Origin: Camelus dromedarius | Lineage: Eukaryota | Direction: 5' to 3' | Assembly (NCBI RefSeq): GCF_036321535.1 | Contig: NC_087437.1 | Location: forward strand, 61,382,001-61,446,000 | Length of the DNA: 64,000 nt | Shown here: piece by piece, positions 27,201 through 39,200 of the stretch | Numbering within the stretch: the first letter of the stretch is position 1 | How the letters are laid out: the number at the start of each line of letters is the position of its first letter | Notes under the pieces: generated by a model | Databases searched by the model: none | The model's input: the letters and a program-made list of their open reading frames with translations, nothing else | Told to the model about the DNA's origin: nothing | Position numbers and translations under genes: made by a program

Positions 27201-30200
27201 TGTCTTTGTCTGGGTTTGGTATCAGGGTAATGCTCACCTAAAAGAATGAGTTAGAAAGTGCTTAATTTATTGGAAAAGTTTGATGTTTGGTGTTAGTTCT
27301 TCAAGTGTTTGGTAGAATTCAGCAGTAAGGCCATGAGGGCCAGGGTTTTTCTTTGTTGGTTCCATCTCCTTACAAGTTTTAGATCTATTTGGATTTTCTA
27401 TTTCTTCATGATTGTCTTGATAGCGCTTTCATGTCTAGGAGGCACACTGATCATTTTATCTTAGTTATCCAGTGTGTCAGTGCATAATTGTTCATAGTAA
27501 TCACTTAGAATCTTTTTAATTTTTGTAGAATCAGTAGTATTGTCCTCATTTTCATTTCTGGTTTTCATAATATGAGTCTTTTTTTTTCCCCCTTAGTCCA
27601 TCTAGCTAAAAGTTTGTCAATTTTGGATCTTTTCAAAGAATCAACTTTTGGTTTCATTGATTCTCTCTACTGTTTTTCTATTTTTTATTTTATTTATCTT
27701 TGCTGTAATCTTTATTATTTCCTTCTTTCTGCTAGGAGTGTATCTATTTTATCTTCAGAAAACCAACTTTTACAGTAAGTAATCCTGTTTTCAGTTCTTT
27801 TCCTATCACTAAGTTCTGTTCTTAATTATATCTTTCACTCAGCTTTCTTTTTTCTTTTTTCTTTTTGATTTTTCTAGGCCGCATTTTCACTGAGGGTTTT
27901 AGCTTTATGCAGAAGATATTCAATTTACAGTGTCCTGATCTAAGATTATGTCTCCTTTCCCAGACAGCCCTTAAATCCCAAACTCTAGATCTCAGAAATC
28001 TACAAATCTTGCGAAAGCACTTATTTACCTTAGTTTTTCAACTCCTTCACTCCTGAATGTCTCCCTTTCTTTCTTCTGATCTTGGTTCTGCATTCAGGAA
28101 ACATTTATTACACGTCCTCTGGCATTTGCAGGTTTTGTAGTTAAAGGCTTTCTCTCTTCTGCCCTGTTGCTGAAAATGGAACTATACTACTTTTATAAAC
28201 AAACAAGCAAAAATCTTTACTTAAAAAAATTGGACTATGCAATCATGAAATTTTGCCGCTGATATTGATTTTAAACAAAGGTGATGCAGGTCCTGAAAAG
28301 ATGTTAATTGCCAAAAACCTATAATAAGTTTAGTAAGTTTGGCATGTAAATAGCTTCTGCCTAGTGATTCACAGCCTGGTGACAGAGCATTGCTTTTATT
28401 TATGTTCTTAGGAAAATGAAACAAGCTTAATAATAATTGCATAGTGTCTGTTTCCCAATCTACACCTTATCTAGAGAATCCAAGTTTTGAAACTTTACTG
28501 AGGAGAAAGCAGGAATAGTATTTGGAGTCTTATAAACAAATCTGCTCATAATTCTGAGTAAAGGAAGTCCCCTTTTAAAGCTGAAGCAGAGTCGTTTTGG
28601 GTTAAATAAGAACCCAAGGACTTTCTAGCACAGCTCTACAACTTAGCTCGTGCATTTGTCCCCACCAGCTTAGAAGTGTGTCACCTGTAATTAGTTACTA
28701 TTAATAAAGTATAGAAACTTACAAGTGAGTCATTTTCTTTTTGATAAATTAGAGCTGACTCATAGTCATTCTCACTCACTTGAAAGTCTAAATCGCTTTC
28801 TTAAGAAGAGAAAGTGGTGGGAATCTAGTCAACTCCTGGAACTGTACTCAAACCCAGATTCTCTGGGAGTTTGTCTCACTGTGAACTACATTCCTTCAAC
28901 TAGTTGTGCACACAGAGGTTAAAAAAATTTTTTGAAAACAGCTAGAGAGCCATTAAAAACCAAAAAGAATCAGTTCCTAAGGGGAAAAAAAACCCCTCAA
29001 GGTTTCTTGGTTTCTTCTTGGTTTAGAAGATTCAAGGACCTTAAAGATAAATTTAAGAAGGTGGGTACGCTCTACTGGCTGACTGAGGCTTTGTCTGCAG
29101 CTAGTGAGTGCAGTCAATTATTTTAAATAAAACAAGCTGGCGTTTAAACATTCTGCCTGGCAAAGAAATTGAAAAAAATTGGTGTGATCAATTAAATTAA
29201 CATCATGTTATGATGTGACCAGGGCTAGAATATGTGCATTCACTCATTAGGTTTCTGCTAGATAGGGACAAATGTTAAAAAATTTTTTAAGGTAGAAATT
29301 TAATTTGCTTTAAAGAAAATGCTGTAAGTCAGGTTGAAAGAGTTAATACTCCCTCCCACCATGGAATTTAAAACAGTCTGGTCACCATTCTAGTTTAACC
29401 TTGCCTTCTTCTTCATAAGGAAGACAGCTCTAAGTAGTTATATTCCTGAGGCTAAAAAAATATATATATGAAGCAGCCCTAATCAGGTGCCTCACTCTGT
29501 GGGAATCATGCACCTCCATCCCCTATTGTAGAATTTTTTTTATGCTTCCCTCCAGGCATGTCTAAACCTCTGACCAGGCACACGTTTTATTGACCAGACC
29601 CAACTTCGGGCTAATTTAGCCTCAGTGCTGCCTGGCAAACGAGGAGTGCACTCCAGGCCATGGGACTGAGTGGTCTTCTTCTGCACGGGTACTGTTCATT
29701 CTCCAGTGAAGGAACCTGTCTTCATCTTTTTGTATCTCTCAGGGCAGTCTCAAGTGGAAAGACTGGCCACTTGAAATCCAATAAAAAATATTAAAATTTA
29801 ATTTTATTCTAAATTCCTTGAAAAAAAATTGCTGATGCCTTTTCATTTGAAAAGCACATTCACTTTATAGGATTTTTTAAAAACTAGTGTATGTAGTTGA
29901 CAAGTTTAAATTTGAGGCCCTGAATGTATATGTCAGAGCCCTCTACCTCCTAGAGAAGCACTTTCTTCTAAATATTAACCTTATTAATGCTCTGAGTTTT
30001 TAAATTTTGCTAATCATGAAAACCCTCCGCTTTTGATTAAGTATTTTGAAACTGGCAATTATCACCTTGGAGAAAAGAGCTCGTTTCAAAGAAGGAGCAG
30101 TGTCTTAGCCTTGATGTTCATATTACATAAGAGAACATCTCTTGATAAATGGAGCTAACAACATCTCAGTAAAGAATCAGATACTGAAGATTTGTTAAAA

Positions 30201-33200
30201 CTGGATTCATTATTTTATCCCAGTAAGATTGTATCAGAAAAATTTAGTGTCAACATAAATGTTGAATAAAAAAGAAGTTAGCTCTGTGATTTTTTAACAG
30301 TTAAAGATAGTTTTCGGGGAGAAAAATCAGTATAAGATACGTGAAATAATATAAAATGAACTTTGATTGTCATCTATGAACTGCTACCACTACACTTACC
30401 TCTTTATCACTGGGTCTAGACTTTTGTGGAAACCATCCAGAAAAGAGTCAACACAATGACTTTCATGGGCCCTAGGCACTTTTGCCTTCCTGTGCCCCTT
30501 CCTCTGCCAAAATGAAATAAAATAAAAATTACATTTTATGACTGTGTTGGATTAATGCAGTCAAGGCTGGATTCATGATTACATATTTATTATTTTTGCA
30601 ATAACTTTTTCCCTTCTGATTGTAAAAGAAATGAACATGAAAACAGTTTTGTTGATCCTACGTGCAGCCTGTGGGCTTTGTGCCTCACCTACTACTAGGC
30701 CTGTGGGCAAATGTAAGGCGGCAGTGCCCTGGGAAACTGCTTGCTAAGGTTTGTTAAAACGGAGTCATCCTGAGCTCAGGACCCTACATGATGTTAAAAA
30801 CCAACAGAATTCACTCTATTCCCAGTTAACAAGAAAAAGCAAAGTAGAAAGCTCTGGATTTTAAGTGGGGGACCGCCCACAAAGACGGGCCTTACAGAGT
30901 GTGGGATGAAATGCAAATAACTATGTATCTGAAGAGAAGACAGAATGCCCCCCAAACCACCCACACTACTCCAGAGAAGAGGGAGTTAATTTATACCTGA
31001 GTCCTCAAAAATTCTTCTGTATTGTTGGATGCACTCCTACATGCTTTATACTAAACACACAAAGTTGTCTCAGACGCTACAAGTAGTTAACATATACTAT
31101 CAACAGTACAGGTACCTGATCATGTCAGACATTTAAAGACAAGTTCACAAAATTTCCTGTTCTTTGCTCTTCAAAGAAGACTGAAATGTCAGCAAGTTTC
31201 TTATCTATTTCAAACAGAGTAAGAGAGAAATGAAGGAGGAAAAAAATATCACAAGATTATTACTGAGAATGAAAACTGCAGGATTTGTAAAGATGGGATG
31301 AGCAGATGGGTTGAGAAAGAAAACTGATAAAGATAAGCCCTGAGATTTTAAAACAGGAAAAGAGTCTCTGAAAAAGACCTGAGGGTAATAATCCCTTTAT
31401 AGTGTATGAGAAATGTGGCTTTAGGAGATGCAAAAATTGAAATTTTTGATTGAATGAATAGTCGGTGTATTTTCATTAAAACACTGTTCTTACACTGAAG
31501 CTCAAGGGTCTTGGCGTCTATTAAAGCCTAATATGGGAAAAGGAGGAATGTACTCGGCCAAGTTCAATGACTACACCTATAAACCAACAGTAAAGGAGAA
31601 AATGCAAAAACAAAGACAGACATTGCAGCACTACATATGATTAGGAGCCAACATTGGTAGAAAACAGAGACATAGTTAAATAATTAATTCTGCGGCCATT
31701 ATATCTGAAGCAAGTGATTCAGAAGGTTCCTGGTGCACAATACTTGGTTATAACTCTTCAGCTTAACACCAAAAAATTCTTATGTTTCATTACTCTTTGT
31801 ATTTTATATTTAAAGGCACTTCGACAACGGACACAACAAAATCTCCTCTAACTTCAACAAACAACATATCAAAATCTAACTGGGGAAGTACATCTCCAGT
31901 CACTTCCACAGTCTCCACGACAAGGAGACTGGTGGAACAATCAACCTCACCCACTTCCACCTCATCCCGTGAGACAACATCAACGTCTCCTCAGGCCTCC
32001 CAGACTCAGAGTCTGGAAACCACCACAGAGACTCAAGCAAGGACCATCACAGCCGTGAAAACATCAACCCCCTCATCATCCACAGCGGGACCCACATCTA
32101 CACTGGGCATTTCTCCAGGGACAAACCCCGCAGGCGAGACAACCACGTCATCCCCATCCAGTGTGAGCCACACACCCGGGACAACATCACAGATGCTCAC
32201 AGCACCAACCTCAACAGGCAGAACTCCATCCCCATCTAGCGTAAGCAACACATCTCCAATGACCTCAAAGACGGTCACGTCACAAAGTTCACTGGACACC
32301 CCCACAGGAAGAACAGGGGACACATCAACGCCGGTAGCGGGCAGTAACCCTCCAGTCACTTCTGCAGTCTCCACGACAAGGGGACCGGTGGAACAATCAA
32401 CCTCTCCCCCTTCCACCTCTTCCCGTGAGACAACATCAACGTCTCCTCAGGCCTCCCAGACTCAGAGTCTGGAAACCACTGCAGACACTCAAGCCAGCAC
32501 CATCACAGCAGTGAGCACATCAACCCCCTCATCATCTACAGCAGGACCCACATCTACACTGGGCTTGTCTCCAGGGACAAACCCCGCAGGCGAGACAACC
32601 ACGTCATCCCCATCCAGTGTGAGCCACACACCCGGGACAACATCACAGATGCTCACAGCACCAACCTCAACAGGCAGAACTCCATCCCCATCTAGCGTAA
32701 GCAACACATCTCCAATGACCTCAAAGACGGTCACGTCACAAAGTTCACTGGACACCCCCACAGGAAGAACAGGGGACACATCAACGCCGGTAGCGGGCAG
32801 TAACCCTCCAGTCACTTCTGCAGTCTCCACGACAAGGGGACTGGTGGAACAATCAACCTCACCCACTTCCACCACTTCTCGTGAGACAACATCAACGTCT
32901 CCTCAGGCCTCTCAGACTCAGAGTCTGGAAACCACCGCAGAGACTGAAGCCAGCACCATCGCAGTCGTGAACACATCTACCGTCTCATCATCCACAGCGG
33001 GACCCACATCTACAGTGGGCTTTTCTCCAGGGACAAACCCCGCAGGTGAGACAACCACGTCATCCCCATCCAGTGTGAGCCACACACCCGGGACAACATC
33101 ACAGATGCTCACAGCACCAACCTCAACAGGCAGAACTCCATCCCCATCTAGCGTAAGCAACACATCTCCAATGACCTCAAAGACGGTCACGTCACAAAGT

Positions 33201-36200
33201 TCACTGGACACCCCCACAGGAAGAACAGGGGACACATCAACGCCGGTAGCGGGCAGTAACCCTCCAGTCACTTCTGCAGTCTCCACGACAAGGGGACCAG
33301 TGGAACAATCAACCTCTCCCCCTTCCACCTCTTCCCGTGAGACAACATCAACGTCTCCTCAGGCCTCCCAGACTCAGAGTCTGGAAACCACTGCAGACAC
33401 TCAAGCCAGCACCATCACAGCAGTGAGCACATCAACCCCCTCATCATCTACAGCAGGACCCACATCTACACTGGGCTTGTCTCCAGGGACAAACCCCGCA
33501 GGCGAGACAACCACGTCATCCCCATCCAGTGTGAGCCACACACCCGGGACAACATCACAGATGCTCACAGCACCAACCTCAACAGGCAGAACTCCATCCC
33601 CATCTAGCGTAAGCAACACATCTCCAATGACCTCAAAGACGGTCACGTCACAAAGTTCACTGGACACCCCCACAGGAAGAACAGGGGACACTTCAATGCC
33701 GGTAGCGGGCAGTAACCCTCCAGTCACTTCTGCAGTCTCCACGACAAGGGGACTGGTGGAACAATCAACCTCACCCACTTCCACCACTTCTCGTGAGACA
33801 ACATCAACGTCTCCTCAGGCCTCTCAGACTCAGAGTCTGGAAACCACCGCAGAGACTGAAGCCAGCACCATCGCAGTCGTGAACACATCTACCGTCTCAT
33901 CATCCACAGCGGGACCCACATCTACAGTGGGCTTTTCTCCAGGGACAAACCCCGCAGGCGAGACAACCACGTCATCCCCATCCAGTGTGAGCCACACACC
34001 CGGGACAACATCACAGATGCTCACAGCACCAACCTCAACAGGCAGAACTCCATCCCCATCTAGCGTAAGCAACACATCTCCAATGACCTCAAAGACGGTC
34101 ACGTCACAAAGTTCACTGGACACCCTCACAGGAAGAACAGGGGACACATCAACGCCGGTAGCGGGCAGTAACCCTCCAGTCACTTCTGCAGTCTCCACGA
34201 CAAGGGGACTGGTGGAACAATCAACCTCACCCACTTCCACCACTTCTCGTGAGACAACATCAACGTCTCCTCAGGCCTCTCAGACTCAGAGTCTGGAAAC
34301 CACCGCAGAGACTGAAGCCAGCACCATCGCAGTCGTGAACACATCTACCGTCTCATCATCCACAGCGGGACCCACATCTACAGTGGGCTTTTCTCCAGGG
34401 ACAAACCCCGCAGGCGAGACAACCACGTCATCCCCATCCAGTGTGAGCCACACACCCGGGACAACATCACAGATGCTCACAGCACCAACCTCAACAGGCA
34501 GAACTCCATCCCCATCTAGCGTAAGCAACACATCTCCAATGACCTCAAAGACGGTCACGTCACAAAGTTCACTGGACACCCTCACAGGAAGAACAGGGGA
34601 CACATCAACGCCGGTAGCGGGCAGTAACCCTCCAGTCACTTCTGCAGTCTCCACGACAAGGGGACTGGTGGAACAATCAACCTCTCCCCCTTCCACCTCT
34701 TCCCGTGAGACAACATCAACGTCTCCTCAGGCCTCCCAGACTCAGAGTCTGGAAACCACTGCAGACACTCAAGCCAGCACCATCACAGCAGTGAGCACAT
34801 CAACCCCCTCATCATCTACAGCAGGACCCACATCTACACTGGGCTTGTCTCCAGGGACAAACCCCGCAGGCGAGACAACCACGTCATCCCCATCCAGTGT
34901 GAGCCACACACCCGGGACAACATCACAGATGCTCACAGCACCAACCTCAACAGGCAGAACTCCATCCCCATCTAGCGTAAGCAACACATCTCCAATGACC
35001 TCAAAGACGGTCACGTCACAAAGTTCACTGGACACCCCCACAGGAAGAACAGGGGACACTTCAATGCCGGTAGCGGGCAGTAACCCTCCAGTCACTTCTG
35101 CAGTCTCCACGACAAGGGGACTGGTGGAACAATCAACCTCACCCACTTCCACCACTTCTCGTGAGACAACATCAACGTCTCCTCAGGCCTCCCAGACTCA
35201 GAGTCTGGAAACCACCGCAGAGACTCAAGCCAGGACCATCACAGCCGTGAACACATCAACCCCCTCATCATCCACAGCGGGACCCACATCTACACTGGGC
35301 ATTTCTCCAGGGACAAACCCCGCAGGCGAGACAACCACGTCATCCCCATCCAGTGTGAGCCACACACCCGGGACAACGTCACAGATGCTCACAGCACCAA
35401 CCTCAACAGGCAGAACTTCATCCCCATCTAGCATAAGCAACACATCTCCAATGACCTCAAAGACAGTCACGTCACAAAGTTCACTGGGCACCCCCACAGG
35501 AAGAACAGGGGACACATCAACGCCGGTAGCGGGCAGTAACCCTCCAGTCACTTCTGCAGTCTCCACGACAAGGGGACTGGTGGAACAATCAACCTCACCC
35601 CCTTCCACCTCTTCCCGTGAGATAACATCAACGTCTCCTCAGGCCTCCCAGACTCAGAGTCTGGAAACCACCGCACAGACTCAAGCCAGGACCATCACAG
35701 CCGTGAACACATCAACCCCCTCATCATCTACAGCAGGACCCACATCTACACTGGGCATTTCTCCAGGGACAAACCCCGCAGGCGAGACAACCACGTCATC
35801 CCCATCCAGTGTGAGCCACACACCCGGGACAACATCACAGATGCTCACAGCACCAACCTCAACAGGCAGAACTCCATCCCCATCTAGCGTAAGCAACACA
35901 TCTCCAATGACCTCAAAGACAGTCACATCACAAAGTTCACTGGGCACCCCCACAGGAAGAACAGGGGACACATCAACGCCGGTAGCGGGCAGTAACCCTC
36001 CAGTCACTTCTGCAGTCTCCACGACAAGGGGACTGGTGGAACAATCAACCTCACCCACTTCCACCACTTCTCGTGAGACAACATCAACGTCTCCTCAGGC
36101 CTCCCAGACTCAGAGCATGGAGACCACCAGCAAATCACACACCAGGGACTTCACAGTAGTCAACCCTTCACCTCATTCATCTTCCGGAAGTGGACATACT

Positions 36201-39200
36201 TCTTTGGGAGCCGTTCCTCAGGAGACATTCACTTCTGTTATAACAAGCGTATCTTCCTCACTGCCTACTCTACAGCCCTCCACAGAGTCTGCTTTCTCTG
36301 ATTCTATGTCTTCTAGTAATATGGGAACAACTCAGAGTATATCAAGTTTTTATACTTCCACCATTAATTCTTCATTCTCTCAAGCAGCCCCTGGCCCTGC
36401 AGTCACCAGGAGCTCTACTGCCCTATTTACAAGTCACCCCACTACTCTGTCTGTTGCCAGCACTTTTCCACCATCCGCAGCATCCTCAAGCTCCATCATA
36501 AATACCGAAGCATCAGGTGGGTGGGAACTCTGGCACCTTGGTCTCTTACAGTGGCCCAACTGGTTCAGTTCAGCCTAGAAGAGTGCTTGGGAGAAGACGG
36601 TGAGTTAGCATTGCCAGGCTGGAAGTCAGGTCCACAAGAAGATGAAGTTGGTGTGTTGGGGGTCTGGTGGGTGACAAGCTGATCACCTCCTTTGTCCAGG
36701 AGACAACTGCTGATTTGCAGGGGGTGGTTTGAGTGTGACCAGAAGACAATTTTCTAACTGTTTCTTTCAGCTCCTAAAGCCTATGTCTCTCTTTATCTCT
36801 GATACTTCCTGACTGTAAGACCCACTTAGCCTTCTTTCCCTGTCTGTCCAGGAACAACCATAACCTCACTGAGGACAGGCAGCAAGAGAAGCACGACATC
36901 ACTACCCTCAACAACCTCCCAGAGCCTCACAGCCTCCACTTCTAGGACTTCCACGGGCACCCACTCGACAGCTGCCCCGGGCCCTATCAAGCCTGAGAAA
37001 GGTCCGTGGTTCTGTAGAGCTGGGACGGAGGGGTTGGAGTTAGATGGAGATGTTGTAGTTCCGGCAGCTGGATTGGATCTACCGATGAGGGTTCTTGTGG
37101 GTAGCTGGAGGAACCAGTTCTGTGGATCTTTCCACCGCTGCATCTGGACTATGGGAAGTCCAGCTACTCTCCGTATCCCCTTGATAAGGGTGAGGTAACT
37201 GAGTGCTTTGTCTCAGCCTGCCCGCTCACAGACTCTGCTGTCTCCAATCAGAAGGGCCTTACAGGGGACAATGAGACAGCATCAGAGTTGGGTGCTGAGG
37301 GCTGGCTTTAGACATGGTCCTGAGCTGGGAACTGGAGATACCGAAATGATCAAGGTGCTGTTTAGCAAGAGACAGATCTGCTGCCTCAATAGATGCCATT
37401 AGAGGACTAAGTCCAGGGTATTGGGTGCACACCTTGGAAGGCTCTGAGGGAATGTGGGCCGGGGAGGGGAGGGGTTCAAGGTGACGAGGGGGCTTCCTGG
37501 AAAGCATGAATAGGAGCTGGGGAGAGGAAGTGCCCCAGGCAGGCGGGAGTGCCTGAACAGCTGGAATAATGGCATGGACGGGAAAAGCAATCTTCGCATT
37601 GCATGGGGAGGAAATCCCCAAAGCCTTTGGGGTTGCGGGAAGTAAGGTGAAGAGTGTTGAGAAGCAAGGCTGTGGTGTAAAGGATCTTGCAGACAACAGG
37701 CCCAGGGAGGCTGTGGCTAGATTTACACTGATAAACGGTGCTATGGTGACTGGCGTGGAGGATGAAGTTGCTGGAGGCAGCTGCAGGATTCCAAGGAAGA
37801 CCAGGGGAGGGCGGCCAGTATGGAAAGGAGGAGGCCCATCTGTTGAATTTTTAGGACAACATTTCTCCAACTGGAGCTCAAGGACCTCTAGGGGGGTCTT
37901 ATGACAAATTCTAGGGGTTCTTCAACTTTATGTAGAGAAATACCATTGTAGCAAACAAGTTTCATTCTGTGAAATGATCTTTCAGTTACTCATCTTCACG
38001 TATTGGAAAAATGTTGTCTTTTAACCCTTAAAAGAATGATGAGTACCATAACAGGTGCAGAATAATTTGTTGGTATTGTGACAGCAGGACCTGATTTTCT
38101 TCAAGCTGGGGAAGGCTGAGAGTACCATTTAAGGGGTAAAGTGAAAAGACGGGTTGAATGCAAGTGGAGAGGCAGAGGGAGGAGCCCTTAATGGCTCTCA
38201 CTTAGGGAAATAGAGGACAAGAATGGAGGAGTAGCCGGGGGACACTCCCGGGGGACTTCTGCCAGCCCTAATGAAGTCAGGGCCCCTGAGAACTTCCTGC
38301 TCTTCTTTGTATCGGCCCAGGAGTTTCCCTCTTCCCCTATGGGCCGACTGCTGGAGACCTGGAGTTTGTCAGGAGGACGGTGGACTTCACCTCGCCACTC
38401 TTCAAGCCCCAGATTGGCTTCCCCATCGGCTCCTCTCTCCGGGATTCCCTCTACGTGAGTCTCTGGCTGCAGCCTCAAGGGCAGGACCCATGACCTGCAT
38501 TCCATGGGCCTTGCTTCTCTCTGTCTAGGGCTTGGAGATGGTCCTGTGACCATGACCATGACCATGACCGTGACTGAGAGGGAAAATGGAAGCAATACTT
38601 TTCAGACACCTACTGTGTCCATGCCGCTGACTGCATGTGCATGTGCTGTCTTTAATGACAGGGCACCAGCTGAGGGAGATGGGGAGCTGAGCAAGGCCCC
38701 CACCCCGCAGGGACAGAGTGCTGTTACCGCCAGTGGAGAGGTCCCAGGGCCCAGTAAACTGTTTAACTGTTTTCATGGGCCCTTTTTATGAGTAGGAAGC
38801 TCTGCCTGGGAACTTGAGTGTTTGAGGCCGTTCACATTTTCTCTAATTCTTTCCTCGTTCCTCGGTCCAAGTTCCCCATGTCTCCTGGAGGAGAGTTGAA
38901 TGGCCGTCGTGGCCACTATGGCCCATGGTAAAGGGGCTGAGTCAGGACACAGAATGAAAGGGCGACACAGGGATAGGGGTGAGGGTATCAGTCTTTTTAG
39001 CCCTAAGTGATGTGGCACAAGCTTCAGGGTGGGTCTGAGAGGATTTACCCAGAGACTGCTCTGTGCTCTGCTTTGTGATTGGGCTGGTCTATAGACGGGT
39101 CTGCCACTGAAGCAGGACAAAACCTACCACCTTTGGAAGGACTTGGGACATGAGGAATGTCCTAAGGGTGAAGAGTATTTGTGTGAGAACTACATGCAGG

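Noticed and set aside
26049..27778. Several 68-85 aa ORFs
   Set aside because: Chance frames in decayed antisense L1 sequence.
32033..36067. Nine periodic minus-strand ORFs of 127-137 aa (Val/Gly/Asp-rich)
   Set aside because: They are the antisense shadow of the Thr/Ser/Pro codons in the 456-bp repeat and are interrupted by a stop in every unit.
31896..36130. Regular array as CRISPR-like or satellite DNA
   Set aside because: Contiguous in-frame coding repeats with no unique spacers, in a mammalian gene.
31782..36578. 1598-aa ORF as a standalone single-exon gene
   Set aside because: The first 11 codons are the intron pyrimidine tract and the last 20 or so read through the donor. Splice sites and phase fit MUC4 exon 2.
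36999..37007. Weak donor AAG|GTCCGT as a sign of pseudogenisation
   Set aside because: The GT is intact and the frame is preserved. Exon 3 is symmetric (phase 1-1), so skipping would also keep the frame.
38545..38575. (TGACCA)n hexamer run resembling nuclear-receptor half sites
   Set aside because: Simple slippage repeat with no supporting evidence of function.
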